A stretch of DNA of 23,054 nucleotides from Deltaproteobacteria bacterium (GCA_046583355.1 JAYGCM010000044.1:1-23054); one strand, 5' to 3'. Shown: positions 1-14,223, numbered from the stretch's first letter. The notes: generated by a model not told the origin, from the letters alone. Program-made: numbers and translations.

Positions 1-317
1 GCGGCCGCCGCCGGGGCCTCCGGCACCGCGGCGGCCCCGGCGGCGGCCGATAGCAGCCCGCCCGATGCCAACTCATCCAATGCTGCCAGACAACTATGGA
101 CGGCTTCCTGGCGGGCCGGGGCATCGGCGTCAGCAAGTGCACGCAAGCCGTCCGCCAGCCTGCCCAGCCCCACGCCATCGCCACCCAAAGACTCGATGCG
201 AGCCAACCATGCCTGTACCGGGAGCTGGATATGAGCGCGCTTCTCCGGTGCTGCGTCACGCAAAAAGAGCAAGGGACCTCGTGCCCCCGCGATCAGCTCC
301 TGTAGCGCGTCCGGCAT
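1..317 (-). CDS. Partial ORF (runs off the window edge) directly downstream of carB; product uncertain, possibly an N-terminal extension of RecG
   Basis: Read manually. ATG at 317-315 overlaps the carB stop (TGATG) and the frame is open to position 1: [105 protein letters not shown]. It is absent from the ORF track because there is no stop in the window. Confidence refers to it being a CDS; the RecG idea is weak inference. Confidence 0.7.
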   Translation of the reverse strand, partial: MPDALQELIAGARGPLLFLRDAAPEKRAHIQLPVQAWLARIESLGGDGVGLGRLADGLRALADADAPARQEAVHSCLAALDELASGGLLSAAAGAAAVPEAPAAA

Positions 318-3300
318 CAAGCCTCGGGAGTACGCGCGGCCGCATCCGCCGCGTGATATTCCTGCAACCGCCGCACCGTCACGGTACCGCGCGCGCGCTT
401 GACCATCGCCAGCGCCGCCGCGTCAGCCCCGGCGATCGTCGTCATATAAGGAGTATGGGTCTCCAGGGCCGTGCGCCGCAGGGAGAAGGAGTCCACCACG
501 GATTGCTCGGTAGCAATCGTATTGACGACGAATTCGACCTCGCCCGCCAGCAAAGCGTCCACAATATGCGGCGACCCCTCATAGACCTTATTGATGGTCT
601 CGGCCGGCACCGCCTGCTGGCGCAGATACTCGGCGGTACCCTTGGTCGCGACAAGAGTGAACCCGGCCTCCTGCAGACGCCTCGCAATTCCACCCAGCGC
701 CTCTTTGTCTTGGTCGCGCACACTCAGAAAAACCCGCCCGGAGCGCGGCAGAAACGCGCTCGCGCCTTCCTCGGCCTTCCAGAATGCAGTCGCGAAATCG
801 TGCGCGATCCCCATGACCTCGCCGGTCGACTTCATCTCGGGGCCAAGCAAGGTATCCACGCCCTGGAATTTCAGGAAGGGGAAGACCGACTCCTTGACCG
901 AGATATGGGTCGGGACGATCTCCTCGGTGATACCGAGTTCCTGCAAAGATTTTCCTGCCATGACGCGAGCGGCGATCTTCGCCAGCGGCCGACCGATGGC
1001 CTTGGAGACGAAAGGCACGGTACGCGAGGCGCGCGGGTTTACCTCAAGCACGTAAACCGTGCCGGCCTGCACGGCAAATTGGATATTCATCAAACCGATC
1101 ACGCCCAACTCACGCGCCAAGGCGATGGTCTGACGACGGATCTCGGCCTGAATTGCCGGGTCGAGAGAATGCGGCGGCAAGGAGCAAGCCGAGTCCCCCG
1201 AATGCACGCCTGCGGGTTCGATATGCTCCATCAGGCCGCCGATCACGACATCTTTACCGTCACCGATACAATCGACATCCACCTCGATTGCGTTATCGAG
1301 GAAGCGGTCGACCAACACGGGATGATCCGGCGATGCCTTCACCGCGCGCTGCATATAAGAACGCAGCCCTTCTTCCTCGCGGACGATCTCCATCGCACGG
1401 CCGCCAAGGACATAACTCGGGCGCAGCAGGACCGGATAGCCGATGCCCAGAGCAATGGCCGCCGCCTCCTCCACCGAGCGTGCGGTGCCGTTCTCTGGCT
1501 GGTGCAGACCGAGATCCTCCAGCAGGCGCTTGAAGCGTTCGCGATCCTCGGCTCGGTCGATCGCGTCGGGCGAAGTGCCGATGATCGGCGCGCCCGCCTT
1601 CTCCAGCGCCACTGCGAGCTTGAGCGGGGTCTGCCCACCGAATTGGACAATCACACCTTCGGGCTTCTCGCGCTCGAGGATCGCCATGACGTCCTCGAAG
1701 GTCAGAGGCTCGAAATAGAGTTTGTCGGAGGTATCGTAATCGGTGGATACCGTCTCTGGGTTGCAATTGACCATGATGGTCTCGAAGCCATCGTCGGCAA
1801 GTGCGTAGGAGGCATGCACACAACAATAATCGAATTCGATTCCCTGGCCGATACGGTTCGGGCCGCCGCCGAGGATCACGATTTTGCGTCGATCGGTCGG
1901 GGCCGCCTCACACTCACCGTCTTCGTAGGTCGAGTAGAGGTAAGGCGTGTAGGCCACGAACTCCGCCGCACAGGTATCGACCGTTTTGAAGACCGGGCGC
2001 AGACCAAACTCTTCGCGACGCGCCGCAATCGCCGCTGCGCCCACGCCGCAAAGATCGCCGAGGCGAATGTCGGAGAAACCCGCGCGCTTCAACTCACGCA
2101 GCCGCGCTGGGTCCAGCGACGCCACTCCCCCGACCGAGACTTCCTCCTCGTCACGGATGATTTGCTCAATCGCGCACAAGAACCAGCGGTCGATCTTCGA
2201 GAGTTCATGCACGGCCTCCTGCGAATAGCCCCGCCGAAAAGCTTCGGCGACCAGTAGAAGACGCTGCGGATTCGGCACCCGTAGACGCTCGCGCAGATGC
2301 TCCTCATCGAGTTCGCGGCCCTCGACATCGAAGCCGGAGATTCCGATTTCCATGGAGCGCAGCGCCTTCTGCAAGCTCTCGCGGAAGGTACGCCCGATCG
2401 ACATGGCTTCGCCGACCGATTTCATTTGCGAGGTCAATGTATCGGTTGCCTGCGGGAACTTCTCGAAGGTAAAGCGCGGCACCTTGGTCACGACATAGTC
2501 GATCGTCGGCTCGAAGCAGGTCGGTGTCTCGCGGGTGATATCGTTGCGCAATTCGTCGAGCGTATAGCCGATTGCCAACTTTGCAGCGATCTTGGCGATC
2601 GGAAATCCGGTCGCCTTCGAGGCCAATGCCGAGCTCCGTGACACACGCGGGTTCATCTCGATCACGACCAGCTTGCCATCGGCCGGGTTGATCGCGAATT
2701 GCACATTGGAGCCGCCCGTCTCGACACCGATCTCGCGAATGATCGCAATCGCCGCATCGCGCAGGATCTGGTATTCCTTGTCCGTCAAGGTCTGGATCGG
2801 TGCCACCGTAATCGAGTCCCCGGTATGCACGCCCATCGGATCGAGGTTCTCGATCGAGCAGACAATCACGACATTATCGGCCTTGTCGCGCATCACCTCG
2901 AGTTCAAATTCTTTCCAACCCGCAATCGATTCCTCAATCAGCAATTCGCTATTCGGCGAGGCGTCCAGGCCCCAGGCGACCAGTTCATCGAATTCCTTGT
3001 CGTTATGCGCAAAGCCGCCGCCCATGCCACCCAGAGTGCGCGAAGGACGAATGATGATCGGATAGCCGATCTCGTCGCGGACCCGACGCGACTCTTCCAG
3101 GGTGCGGCCATAACCGGACCGCGGCACCGCCAGGTCGATGGCCTGCATCGCCTGCTTGAAGAGGTCCCGGTCTTCGGCCTTTTTGATCGCCGCGACATCG
3201 GCGCCGATCAACTCAACGCCGTATTTCTCAAGGATGCCCATCTCGGCGACCTCGAGGGCAAGGTTCAAACCGGTCTGCCCGCCAACCGTCGGCAGCAGCG

Positions 3301-3553
3301 CATCGGGACGTTCGCGCTCGATGATGAGTTCCAATATCTCGGGCGTCATCGGCTCGATATAGGTCGCGTCGGCGAACTCAGGATCGGTCATGATGGTTGC
3401 GGGATTCGAGTTGACCAGGATGACGCGGTAGCCCTCCTCCCGCAGCGCCTTGCAAGCCTGCGCACCGGAGTAATCAAACTCGCAGGCCTGGCCGATGACG
3501 ATCGGCCCGGAGCCGATCAGGAGTACGGATTCGATATCTTTACGGCGGGGCAT
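317..3553 (-). CDS. carB: Carbamoyl-phosphate synthase large subunit
   Basis: 1078 aa. N-terminus [30 protein letters not shown]; duplicated ATP-grasp halves ([11 protein letters not shown] and [10 protein letters not shown]; second half [17 protein letters not shown]); C-terminal MGS-like domain. Confidence 0.99.
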   Translation of the reverse strand: MPRRKDIESVLLIGSGPIVIGQACEFDYSGAQACKALREEGYRVILVNSNPATIMTDPEFADATYIEPMTPEILELIIERERPDALLPTVGGQTGLNLALEVAEMGILEKYGVELIGADVAAIKKAEDRDLFKQAMQAIDLAVPRSGYGRTLEESRRVRDEIGYPIIIRPSRTLGGMGGGFAHNDKEFDELVAWGLDASPNSELLIEESIAGWKEFELEVMRDKADNVVIVCSIENLDPMGVHTGDSITVAPIQTLTDKEYQILRDAAIAIIREIGVETGGSNVQFAINPADGKLVVIEMNPRVSRSSALASKATGFPIAKIAAKLAIGYTLDELRNDITRETPTCFEPTIDYVVTKVPRFTFEKFPQATDTLTSQMKSVGEAMSIGRTFRESLQKALRSMEIGISGFDVEGRELDEEHLRERLRVPNPQRLLLVAEAFRRGYSQEAVHELSKIDRWFLCAIEQIIRDEEEVSVGGVASLDPARLRELKRAGFSDIRLGDLCGVGAAAIAARREEFGLRPVFKTVDTCAAEFVAYTPYLYSTYEDGECEAAPTDRRKIVILGGGPNRIGQGIEFDYCCVHASYALADDGFETIMVNCNPETVSTDYDTSDKLYFEPLTFEDVMAILEREKPEGVIVQFGGQTPLKLAVALEKAGAPIIGTSPDAIDRAEDRERFKRLLEDLGLHQPENGTARSVEEAAAIALGIGYPVLLRPSYVLGGRAMEIVREEEGLRSYMQRAVKASPDHPVLVDRFLDNAIEVDVDCIGDGKDVVIGGLMEHIEPAGVHSGDSACSLPPHSLDPAIQAEIRRQTIALARELGVIGLMNIQFAVQAGTVYVLEVNPRASRTVPFVSKAIGRPLAKIAARVMAGKSLQELGITEEIVPTHISVKESVFPFLKFQGVDTLLGPEMKSTGEVMGIAHDFATAFWKAEEGASAFLPRSGRVFLSVRDQDKEALGGIARRLQEAGFTLVATKGTAEYLRQQAVPAETINKVYEGSPHIVDALLAGEVEFVVNTIATEQSVVDSFSLRRTALETHTPYMTTIAGADAAALAMVKRARGTVTVRRLQEYHAADAAARTPEA

Positions 3554-3557
3554 GATT

Positions 3558-4706
3558 TTACGCCTGACGGGGGTTGGCTTCCATCATTTCGACGAAGCGC
3601 TGGAAGAGGTAATGCGAATCGCGGGGGCCGGGGGAGGCCTCCGGGTGGTATTGCACCGAGAAGATGGGCAAACGCTCATGCATCAAACCCTCGACGGTAT
3701 CGTCATTCAGGTTGATATGGGAGAGCTTCACTGTGCCGCGCAGCGATTCCGTCTCGACCGCAAAGCCGTGGTTCTGCGAGGTGATCTCCACCTTGCCGGT
3801 CGCCAGATCCTGCACCGGTTGGTTCGCGCCATGGTGGCCGAATTTAAGCTTGTAGGTGCTCCCGCCAAGCGCGAGTCCGAGAATCTGATGGCCGAGGCAG
3901 ATTCCGAAAATCGGCCGCTGGCCCACGAGTTTGGCGATATTATCCTTGGCGCCGACTACCGCATCGGGATCACCGGGGCCGTTGGAGAGAAAGATGCCGT
4001 CGGGCTCCATCGCGAGAACCTCCTCGGCCGGGGTATGTGCCGGCACGACGCGTACCCGACAACCGGCATCGACCAGGCAGCGAAGGATATTACGCTTGAG
4101 TCCAAAATCGTAGGCGACGACGAAATGCTTGGCGCCCGTCGGTTTCGTATAGCCTTGGCCGAGCTGCCAGCGCCCCTCGTGCCAATCGTAGGGCGCCGCA
4201 CAGGTCACCCGGCTGGCAAGGTCCTGCCCTTCGAGAGAGGGGAGCGCCGCGGCGCGCGCAACCAAAGATTCAGCGGCCTCGCCGGTGGTGGCGAGGATGG
4301 CCTGTTGCGCACCAGCATCACGGACATGGCGCACCAACGCGCGCGTATCGATGCCCTGAATACCGACGATACCGTGTTCTTCCATATACGCACCGAGGCT
4401 CTGCTCGGCGCGCCAGCTCGAAGGCTCGGGCCAATAATCCCGCACGATGAAGCCCCGCACATGCGGTCGATCCGATTCGGCGTCTTCGGCATTCACGCCG
4501 ACATTGCCGATCTCGGGATAGGTCATGGCGACCAGTTGCCCCTCGTAGGAAGGGTCGGTGAGGATCTCCTGGTAGCCCGACATCGAGGTATTGAAAACAA
4601 CCTCGCCGCTGACCTCGCCTGCCGCGCCGAAGCGCTGGCCGTGAAAGACCTTGCCGTCGGCCAAGGCGAGCACTGCTATGTCCGTTTCCTGCGTCTTGGC
4701 GCTCAA
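3558..4706 (-). CDS. carA: Carbamoyl-phosphate synthase small (glutaminase) subunit
   Basis: [28 protein letters not shown], catalytic GICLGHQ and [10 protein letters not shown]. Probable TTG start overlapping the pyrC stop (TTGA), with a purine-rich sequence upstream. Confidence 0.98.
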   Translation of the reverse strand: MSAKTQETDIAVLALADGKVFHGQRFGAAGEVSGEVVFNTSMSGYQEILTDPSYEGQLVAMTYPEIGNVGVNAEDAESDRPHVRGFIVRDYWPEPSSWRAEQSLGAYMEEHGIVGIQGIDTRALVRHVRDAGAQQAILATTGEAAESLVARAAALPSLEGQDLASRVTCAAPYDWHEGRWQLGQGYTKPTGAKHFVVAYDFGLKRNILRCLVDAGCRVRVVPAHTPAEEVLAMEPDGIFLSNGPGDPDAVVGAKDNIAKLVGQRPIFGICLGHQILGLALGGSTYKLKFGHHGANQPVQDLATGKVEITSQNHGFAVETESLRGTVKLSHINLNDDTVEGLMHERLPIFSVQYHPEASPGPRDSHYLFQRFVEMMEANPRQA

Positions 4707-6070
4707 CTCCCCGCCCCCTTCTCTTTTTCCCGCATCGCCTTCGTCTCCGGCCGCGCATCATGGACCAGGGTACCAGCCACGATGGTCGCCACCGCGCGAC
4801 CGCGCATCTGCCAATTCTTGAAGGGAGTATTCTTGCCCTTCGATTTGAGTTCCGTTCGCGTCACCGTCCATTCGAGGTCGGGATCGATCACGGCAATATC
4901 GGCCGGGGCACCGACCGCCATGCGCCCGTACGGAACCCGCAGAATGCGGGCCGGGTCGCTGGTCACCCGTGCAATCGCTGTCGGCAGGTCAAGCACGCCC
5001 TCCTCGACCAGGCGCAGCGTCAATGGCAACAAAGTCTCGAGACCAACGACGCCGTTTTGCGCGATCGAAAATTCCACATCTTTCTCATCGCGATGGTGCG
5101 GCGCATGGTCGGTCGCAATGCAGTCAATCGTGCCGTCGACCAGCCCAGCGCGCAATGCTTGGCGATCTGCTCTCCCGCGCAGTGGCGGCGCCATCTTGGC
5201 GTCGGTCCGGTAGGGCACCACCGCCTCGTCGGTCAACTCCAAATGGTGCGGCGATACCTCGGCCGTCACCAGAATGCCCGAGGCCTTGGCCGCACGCACG
5301 ATCTCGACCGCGCGCCCCGAGCTCATATGGCAAATATGCAGATGCGCGCCGGTCAACTCGGCCAGCGCAATATCGCGCGCCACCATGACGTCTTCGGCGG
5401 CGGCTGGGATTCCCTGCAAACCGAGGCGCAAGGAGACCGCCCCTTCGTGCATGCAACCGCCGGCGACCAGAGTCGGGTCCTCGGCGTGATCGAGAATCGG
5501 AACATTGAAAAGACGCGCACATTCCAATGCGCGACGCATCAGCTCGGCATCACGGACCGGCAGGCCATCGTCCGAGACCGCGACGATCCCCTCCTCCACC
5601 ATGCCGGCGAACTCGGCGAGTTGCTCGCCTTTCATGCCGACACTCAGGGCGCCAATCGGCAGCACCCGGGCCAGGCCCGCACGCTCGGCCCGGTCGAGGA
5701 TAAAACGCGTCACCGAGGGGCAATCGTTCACCGGCCGGGTATTGGCCATGCAGGCAACGCTCGTCACCCCGCCAGTCACCGCCGCCAGTGCACCGCTCTC
5801 GATCGTCTCGCGGTACTCAAAACCCGGCTCGCGCAAATGGACGTGCATATCGACCAGCCCCGGCGTGACCAGCCTGCCCGTGGCGTCGATCAGTTCCACA
5901 TCCTCGCCGCCAGCGCCCTTCTCGCGCAGTCCGGGTTCGATGCGCCGGATGACTCCGCCCTCCAGCAGGACATCGGCCTTCATCATGCGGCGCCCCTCGG
6001 GGTCGACCACCTCGCCGTCGGTAATCAGCAGCGCACGTTCGTTGGATTTCCTGGATGTTGGTTCATTCAC
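4703..6070 (-). CDS. pyrC: Dihydroorotase, long class I type
   Basis: [26 protein letters not shown] and IATDHAPH motifs. Start revised from 6121 to GTG at 6070 (VNEPT...), overlapping the pyrB stop (GTGAATGA). Confidence 0.96.
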   Translation of the reverse strand: MNEPTSRKSNERALLITDGEVVDPEGRRMMKADVLLEGGVIRRIEPGLREKGAGGEDVELIDATGRLVTPGLVDMHVHLREPGFEYRETIESGALAAVTGGVTSVACMANTRPVNDCPSVTRFILDRAERAGLARVLPIGALSVGMKGEQLAEFAGMVEEGIVAVSDDGLPVRDAELMRRALECARLFNVPILDHAEDPTLVAGGCMHEGAVSLRLGLQGIPAAAEDVMVARDIALAELTGAHLHICHMSSGRAVEIVRAAKASGILVTAEVSPHHLELTDEAVVPYRTDAKMAPPLRGRADRQALRAGLVDGTIDCIATDHAPHHRDEKDVEFSIAQNGVVGLETLLPLTLRLVEEGVLDLPTAIARVTSDPARILRVPYGRMAVGAPADIAVIDPDLEWTVTRTELKSKGKNTPFKNWQMRGRAVATIVAGTLVHDARPETKAMREKEKGAGS

Positions 6071-7058
6071 CGTGCGCCGCCCTCTGTAAAGCTGTTTCCG
6101 TTTCCTGACCGGCCACGGCATCGCCGACGCCGCTCCGCCCTCGCCGGCCGACCAGCACGTAGAGCACGGCCATGCGTACGGCGAGCCCGTTGGTCACCTG
6201 GTCCATGATCACGGAATAGGGACCATCGGCGACGGTGCTGGAGATCTCCACACCGCGGTTCATCGGGCCGGGGTGCAGGATGATGACGTCTTCCTGGGCG
6301 CGCTGCACCGCCTCGGCCGAGAGGCAATAGAGTCGTGAATACTCGTAAAGCGAAGAGAAGTAGCGACCGTTCATGCGTTCGCGCTGGATGCGCAACATCA
6401 TGATCACGTCTGCGTCGCGTACGCCCTCTTCCAGGTCGTAGAAGAGCTCGGCGCCCAACTCGGCAAATTGCCGCGGCACCAGCGTCGGCGGCCCGACGAA
6501 GCGCACCTTCGCGCCCAGCGTAAGCAGAGCATGCAGGTTCGAGCGGGCCACCCGGCTATGCAGAACATCGCCGACAATCGCCACCGTCAGGCCCTCGATC
6601 CTGCCCTTGTGCTCGCGAATGGTCAGAAGGTCCAAGAGGGCCTGGGTCGGGTGTTCATGCGAGCCGTCGCCGGCGTTGATGATCGGACAATCGACGTGAC
6701 GCGCGAGCAGCTGCGGGGCGCCGGAGGCGGGGTGGCGCACAACAATCGCGTCGGGCCGCATCGCGGCGATATTGCGTGCAGTATCGCTGAGCGTCTCGCC
6801 CTTGGTGGCCGATGAGGCCGTCTCGTTGAGGTTCACGGTATCGGCCGAGAGGCGTTTGGCCGCGAGTTCGAACGAGGTACGGGTCCGCGTGCTCGGCTCG
6901 AAAAAGAGATTGATGATGGTCCGGCCCCGCAGGGCGGGTACCTTCTTGATCTCGCGCTCGGAGACTTCCTTGAAGGATTCAGCGGTATCGAGCAAAAACG
7001 TCAACTCGTCCGCGCTCAGGCCCTCAAGGCCGAGAAGATGGGGGCGTTCGAAGAGCAT
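6063..7058 (-). CDS. pyrB: Aspartate carbamoyltransferase catalytic subunit
   Basis: [43 protein letters not shown] and [13 protein letters not shown]-like GGAGGG upstream. Confidence 0.99.
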   Translation of the reverse strand: MLFERPHLLGLEGLSADELTFLLDTAESFKEVSEREIKKVPALRGRTIINLFFEPSTRTRTSFELAAKRLSADTVNLNETASSATKGETLSDTARNIAAMRPDAIVVRHPASGAPQLLARHVDCPIINAGDGSHEHPTQALLDLLTIREHKGRIEGLTVAIVGDVLHSRVARSNLHALLTLGAKVRFVGPPTLVPRQFAELGAELFYDLEEGVRDADVIMMLRIQRERMNGRYFSSLYEYSRLYCLSAEAVQRAQEDVIILHPGPMNRGVEISSTVADGPYSVIMDQVTNGLAVRMAVLYVLVGRRGRSGVGDAVAGQETETALQRAAHGE

Positions 7059-7060
7059 TT

Positions 7061-9077
<2,017 letters not shown>

Positions 9078-9078
<1 letters not shown>

Positions 9079-10211
9079 TGGCGATGGCAGACAAAAAACT
9101 TCGCGTCGCGATGATCGGCTATCAATTCATGGGCCGGGCGCACGCCAATGCCTGGCGCCAGGTCCGCCATTTCACCTCGCCGGCGGCTACGCCCGAGTTG
9201 GCCGTTGTCTGCGGCCGCAACGCGAGTGCGGCCCGCGACGCCGCCACGAAACTCGGCTTTGAGACCTCGGCGACCTCCTGGCAAGAAGTTCTCCAGCGCG
9301 ACGATATCGATATCGTCGATATCGTCACGCCCGGCGACTCGCATGCCGAGATCGCCATCGCGGCAGCCGAAGCCGGCAAGGCCATCCTCTGCGAGAAGCC
9401 TTTGGCGAATACGGCCGACGAGGCCGCCGCCATGGCGCGCGCCGCCGACACGGCCGGTGTCGTTCATATGCTCTGCCACAACTATCGCCGCGCACCGGCC
9501 GTCGCGCTGGCCAAACGCATGATCGACGAAGGCCGGCTCGGCACGATCCGACACTACCGCGGCGTCTATTTGCAGGATTGGATTGTCGACCCGGATTTCC
9601 CACGCGTCTGGCGGCTGGAGAAAGCCCGCGCCGGGTCCGGGGCGCTCGGCGATATCGCCTCGCATTCGCTCGACCTGGCCCGCCACCTGGTCGGCGAGAT
9701 CACGGAAGTAAGCGCCCACCTCGAGACCTTCATCGACGAGCGCCCGCTGGAAGACGGCTCGGGGCGCGGCAAGGTCGATGTCGACGATGCCGCGCTCATG
9801 TTGTTGCGCTTCGAAGGCGGCGCCATCGGTACGGTCGAGGCGTCACGCTTTGCCACCGGGCGCAAGAACCACAATCGCTTCGAGATCAACGGCAGCCGCG
9901 GCAGTCTCGTCTTCGACCTCGAGCGAATGAACGAACTCGAATTCTACGAGGAAGCCGGCCCCGAGAGTGGCTTCCGCACGATTCTCGCGACCGATGCCAC
10001 ACACCCCTATCTGGAGGGTTGGTGGCCGGCGGGCCATATCCTCGGCTACGAGCATACCTTCACCAATACGGTACTCGACTTCATCGAGGCCGTCGTGGCG
10101 GGCCGTCTGCCGACGCCGAATTTCCACGACGGCGTGAAGAATCTGCGCGTTCTGGAGGCCATCGAGCGCTCCAGCGCCTCGCGGCGCTGGGAGAGCATCG
10201 ACGCCTCCTGA
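9078..10211 (+). CDS. Gfo/Idh/MocA family NAD(P)-dependent oxidoreductase, levoglucosan-dehydrogenase-like subgroup
   Basis: [52 protein letters not shown] and [20 protein letters not shown]. Start may be the second Met (9084). Confidence 0.93.
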
Positions 10212-10278
10212 GCTCCGGGCGACGTCACCAACGGATCCAGCGCGGCCAGACCTCCAGGCACGGCCAGAGGAGGCGCAT

Positions 10279-10313
10279 AAAAAAAGGGCGGGCCCTTGCG
10301 GACCCGCCCTTTT
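10279..10313 (-). terminator. Intrinsic terminator, strong on the minus strand and possibly bidirectional
   Basis: Minus-strand RNA: GGGCGGGUCC-GCAA-GGGCCCGCCC-UUUUUUU (10-bp stem with one U-G pair, GNRA loop, 7 U). The plus strand has only 4 T after the stem. It lies between convergent genes. Confidence 0.92.
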
Positions 10314-10330
10314 CGCCTGCGCGAGAATTC

Positions 10331-11686
10331 CTAGGCCGTTTCGGCCATCGGGATCTGCGGGTTGGCGTAGCCGGCCGGTGCGCCGAGCTTGACGATACGC
10401 TCGCCGAAGCGTTCTTCGAGCCCGCGCGTGGTGTTGCGGGTATCGACCACCAGCCGCGAGTTCTCGACCACCCAGGTGATATCGAAATCCGAATGGTCGG
10501 TGAGAATCACGACACAATCGGCCATGCGCAGCGCCTCTTCGGTCAACTCCACACTCGCCATTGCGCCGTCTGTGGTCACCATCTCGGCGACAAAGGGATC
10601 ATGGTAGGTGACGTTCGCGCCGCGGGCGCGCAGCTGGTGGATCACCGAAAGAGCGGGCGACTCACGCATATCGCTGACATCTTTTTTATAAGCGACACCG
10701 AGGGCCAGGATCTGCGAGCCCTTCACGGCGCGGCCGTGGTGATTCAGGCCATCGGTCACCTTGTCGACCACCAGGGCCGGCATCTTCTGGTTCACCTCAG
10801 CGGCGAGGCCGATGAAGCGCGCCGTGAAATCATGCGCCTTGAGCTTCCAGGCGAGATAATGCGGGTCGATCGGGATGCAATGACCACCCAGGCCGGGGCC
10901 CGGGTAGAAAGGCATGAAGCCGAAAGGCTTGGTCGCGGCCGCATCGATGACCTCGTAGGCATCCACGCCAAGCGTATCGCACATCGAGGCGAGCTCGTTG
11001 ACCAGCCCGATATTCACCGAGCGGAACGTATTCTCCAGCAGCTTCACCATCTCGGCCGTACGCGCCGTCGAGACCGGCACGACCGTCTTGATGAATTGCT
11101 CATAAAGAAGGACCGCCAACTCCGTGCAACGCGGCGTGATACCGCCGACGACCTTCGGCGTGTTGCGGGTGCCATGGGTTTTGTTGCCCGGATCGATACG
11201 CTCGGGCGAGAAAGCGAGGAAGAAATCTTTGCCGACCTGGAATTTCTTGCTCTCCAACTCGGTGCGGATCAGTTCGTCGGTCGTGCCCGGATAGGTCGTG
11301 CTCTCCAGCACGACCAATTGGCCGGCGTGGAGGTGTTTTTTGATCGAGCCGACGGCGTCGAGAATATAGCTGACGTCCGGGTCCTTGGTCTTCGAGAGCG
11401 GCGTCGGCACACAGATGCTGACGGTATCCAGGTCCGCGAGGATACTGGGGTCTGTCGTGGCCGAGATCTTGCCGGCCTTGACCAGGGCGGCGAGCGTCTC
11501 GGTTTTCACATCCCCGATATACGAACGGCCCTCGTTGACCTCTGTGACCTTGCGCGGGTCGGAGTCGATACCGACGACGGAAAATCCGGCCTCAGCCATT
11601 TCGACGACCAATGGAAGGCCGACATAACCAAGGCCGATGACGCCAACGCGGGCTTCGTGGGATTTGAGCTTTTCACTCAGGGACAT
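10331..11686 (-). CDS. Nucleotide-sugar dehydrogenase, UDP-GlcNAc/GalNAc/ManNAc 6-dehydrogenase type (WbpA/WbpO/WecC family)
   Basis: GLGYVGLP, CVPTP, ESTTYPGTT, FSPERIDPG, KLLENTFR, catalytic GGHCIPIDP and AYKKDVSDMRESP. SD GGAGGT. Confidence 0.93.
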   Translation of the reverse strand: MSLSEKLKSHEARVGVIGLGYVGLPLVVEMAEAGFSVVGIDSDPRKVTEVNEGRSYIGDVKTETLAALVKAGKISATTDPSILADLDTVSICVPTPLSKTKDPDVSYILDAVGSIKKHLHAGQLVVLESTTYPGTTDELIRTELESKKFQVGKDFFLAFSPERIDPGNKTHGTRNTPKVVGGITPRCTELAVLLYEQFIKTVVPVSTARTAEMVKLLENTFRSVNIGLVNELASMCDTLGVDAYEVIDAAATKPFGFMPFYPGPGLGGHCIPIDPHYLAWKLKAHDFTARFIGLAAEVNQKMPALVVDKVTDGLNHHGRAVKGSQILALGVAYKKDVSDMRESPALSVIHQLRARGANVTYHDPFVAEMVTTDGAMASVELTEEALRMADCVVILTDHSDFDITWVVENSRLVVDTRNTTRGLEERFGERIVKLGAPAGYANPQIPMAETA

Positions 11687-11770
11687 GAATTACCTCCGGG
11701 AATAGGGACCGACGCTGCGGCCCGGGAAAAAGGAGCGGTGAGCAAGGAGATGGGGCAATTCGCTGCGGAT

Positions 11771-12427
11771 TCAACGAAAGAGGTGACCGATCCGATCGAA
11801 TCGAACCGAGGTCTCCTCCCCATCCCAGGACCAGTAGATGATGAATGCTTTGCCGTGAATATTCGCAAAAGGAACAAAGCCCCAGAATCGGGAATCATAG
11901 CTCCGGTCTCGATTGTCGCCGAGAACGAAAACATGCCCTTCGGGAACGGTTTCCGGTCCCCAATGATCACGGGGGCCGGGCCGGGCTGGATCTCTGTACC
12001 GAGCATAAGGCTCGTCTTGTTCTTCGACCGCTTGACCATTTCGGAATAGCTGTTTCGCACGGATTTCAAGGATATCTCCCGGAATCCCGATGACCCGTTT
12101 GATGAAATCCTTGGTGGGATCTTCCGGGAATACGAAGACGATGATAGCGCCTCGCTCCGGTTCGAAGAAGTCAAAATATCGATCGCCCGAAATGGGCACG
12201 CGAAGCCCATAGAGCAGCTTGTTGACCAGCAGATGGTCGCCGATCTCCAGCGTCGGCAGCATCGATCCCGAGGGAATTTTGTAGGCCTGGACGAAGAAAG
12301 TCCGAATGAAGAGGGCCAATACCAAGGCGACCAGAATGGCCTCGACGTATTCGCGGACGACGGATTTCTGCTGCGGCCCGGACGCAGGTGGAGCCGTGCG
12401 CCGTGCCCCGCCCGACCGCGCGCTCAT
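11771..12427 (-). CDS. lepB: Signal peptidase I
   Basis: One hydrophobic anchor, [10 protein letters not shown] (catalytic Ser), DFIKRVIG (catalytic Lys) and [18 protein letters not shown] overlap with lepA. Confidence 0.97.
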   Translation of the reverse strand: MSARSGGARRTAPPASGPQQKSVVREYVEAILVALVLALFIRTFFVQAYKIPSGSMLPTLEIGDHLLVNKLLYGLRVPISGDRYFDFFEPERGAIIVFVFPEDPTKDFIKRVIGIPGDILEIRAKQLFRNGQAVEEQDEPYARYRDPARPGPRDHWGPETVPEGHVFVLGDNRDRSYDSRFWGFVPFANIHGKAFIIYWSWDGEETSVRFDRIGHLFR

Positions 12428-14223
12428 GAATCCACCTTCAATGCAGCCAGGAAGGCCTCTTGGGGAATCTCGACCCGGCCGACCTGCTTCATTCGCTTCT
12501 TGCCGGCCTTCTGCGCCTCCAAGAGCTTGCGCTTACGCGAAATATCGCCGCCATAACATTTGGCCGTGACATTCTTGCGCAAAGCCTTGACCGTCTCGCG
12601 GGCGATGACACGCGTCCCGAGTGAGGCCTGAATCACGATCTCGAACATCTGGCGGGGGATCAGCTCTTTCATCTTGGCGGCAAGATCACGCCCGCGGGCA
12701 TACGCCCGGTCGCGGTGGACGATCAAGGAGAGCGCGTCGACGATATCACCGTTGATCCGCACATCGAGCTTGACCAATTTGCTGACGCTGAAGCCCTTCA
12801 TTTCGTAGTCCAGCGAGGCATAGCCGCGCGAGAGCGTCTTCAGACGGTCGTAGAAATCGGTCACCATCTCGTTGAGCGGAATCTCGTAGACCACAATCGC
12901 ACGATTGTCGCCGACGTAGCGGATCTCTTTCTGATTGCCGCGGCGATGCTCACACAACTTCAGAACCGAACCGACGTATTCCTTAGGAAGGTGGATCGTC
13001 GCGTCGATCATCGGCTCTTCGATTTTCTCGACTGCGGTCGGCTCCGGCAGCTTCGACGGGCTATCCACCAGCAGAATATTGCCGGCCGTATCCGTCACCC
13101 GATAGGCCACCGTCGGCGCCGTGGTGATCAGAGTCAGGGAAAATTCGCGCTCCAGCCGCTCCTGGACGATTTCCATATGCAGGAGACCAAGGAAGCCGCA
13201 GCGAAAGCCGAAGCCCAACGCGACCGAACTCTCGGCCTCGTAGGAAAAGGCCGCGTCATTGAGCTTCAATTTCTCGAGCGCCCCGCGCAGCGCCTCGTAT
13301 TGCCGGCCGTCGGTCGGATAAAGGCCACTGAAGACCATTGGCTTCACGTCCTTGAAACCCGGCAAAGCGGTCTCGGCACCGCCCTTGGCCTGGGTGACGG
13401 TATCGCCAATCCGGGCGTGCTCAATTTCCTTGATCGACGCCATCAGGATGCCGACCTCGCCGGGACCGAGCTCTTGCACCTCGGTTGCCTTCGGCGAAAG
13501 CACGCAGAGGCGGGTCACATCATAATCGACCCCGGCCGCCATCAGGCGGACACGGTCCCCTTTGCGGACAGTCCCCTCTTTGATGCGCATCAGGACGACG
13601 GCGCCGTGGTAGGGGTCGAACCACGAATCGAAGATCAGCGCCTGGAGCGGATTTGCGGCATCGCCGGTGGGCGGCGGAATTTTCTTGACGATTTGCTCGA
13701 GAATCTCGTCGATGCCGATGCCGAGTTTGGCCGATACTTCGGGGGCCTCGCTGGCATCGAGTCCGATCACGTCTTCCACTTCGGCACGAACCCGCTCGGG
13801 GTCGGCCGAGGGGAGATCGATTTTATTCAGGATGGGAAGAATTTCGAGATCGTTATCCAGCGCAAGGTAGACGTTCGCGAGCGTCTGCGCCTCCACGCCC
13901 TGGGCCGCATCAACGACAAGAATTGCTCCTTCGCAGGCCGACAGGCTGCGCGAGACTTCGTAGTGGAAGTCGACGTGCCCCGGCGTGTCGATGAGGTTCA
14001 GAATATAATCTTCGCCGTCGGCGGCCCGGTAGGCGAGCCGCACAGCGCGCGCCTTGATGGTGATGCCGCGCTCACGCTCGAGATCCATATCGTCGAGCAA
14101 TTGCTCTTGCATCTCGCGCGAGCTGACGGTGCCCGTCTGCTCAAGCAAGCGATCAGCGAGCGTCGACTTGCCATGATCGATATGCGCGATGATCGAAAAA
14201 TTTCGAATGCGATCCGTATTCAT
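12424..14223 (-). CDS. lepA: Elongation factor 4 (translation GTPase LepA)
   Basis: 599 aa. [49 protein letters not shown] and [15 protein letters not shown]. Confidence 0.99.
   Translation of the reverse strand: MNTDRIRNFSIIAHIDHGKSTLADRLLEQTGTVSSREMQEQLLDDMDLERERGITIKARAVRLAYRAADGEDYILNLIDTPGHVDFHYEVSRSLSACEGAILVVDAAQGVEAQTLANVYLALDNDLEILPILNKIDLPSADPERVRAEVEDVIGLDASEAPEVSAKLGIGIDEILEQIVKKIPPPTGDAANPLQALIFDSWFDPYHGAVVLMRIKEGTVRKGDRVRLMAAGVDYDVTRLCVLSPKATEVQELGPGEVGILMASIKEIEHARIGDTVTQAKGGAETALPGFKDVKPMVFSGLYPTDGRQYEALRGALEKLKLNDAAFSYEAESSVALGFGFRCGFLGLLHMEIVQERLEREFSLTLITTAPTVAYRVTDTAGNILLVDSPSKLPEPTAVEKIEEPMIDATIHLPKEYVGSVLKLCEHRRGNQKEIRYVGDNRAIVVYEIPLNEMVTDFYDRLKTLSRGYASLDYEMKGFSVSKLVKLDVRINGDIVDALSLIVHRDRAYARGRDLAAKMKELIPRQMFEIVIQASLGTRVIARETVKALRKNVTAKCYGGDISRKRKLLEAQKAGKKRMKQVGRVEIPQEAFLAALKVDS

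Noticed and set aside
65..2257. 730-aa plus-strand ORF antisense to carB
   Set aside because: Shadow frame of a highly conserved gene in GC-rich DNA; Arg/His-rich, with no recognisable motifs.
3495..6208. 572-aa and 482-aa plus-strand ORFs opposite carA and pyrC
   Set aside because: Antisense shadow ORFs caused by codon bias; no domain signatures.
9299..9318. Perfect 20-bp palindrome CGACGATATCGATATCGTCG
   Set aside because: It encodes the family-typical DDIDIVD segment; GAT/ATC/GTC/GAC codons generate such palindromes naturally.
10243..10273. CGGCCAGA direct repeat and CCTCC/GGAGG inverted pair after the oxidoreductase
   Set aside because: Too short in GC-rich DNA, and there is no matching copy at the other cassette boundary to suggest a target-site duplication.
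11687..11770. lepB-dehydrogenase intergenic region with a repeated CCGCAGCG and a small hairpin
   Set aside because: Only a 6-bp stem with no following U-tract and no recognisable RNA motif.
9578..12049. 823-aa plus-strand ORF spanning the oxidoreductase, terminator and dehydrogenase
   Set aside because: It is an off-frame overlap joined to an antisense frame, crosses a terminator and has no protein motifs.
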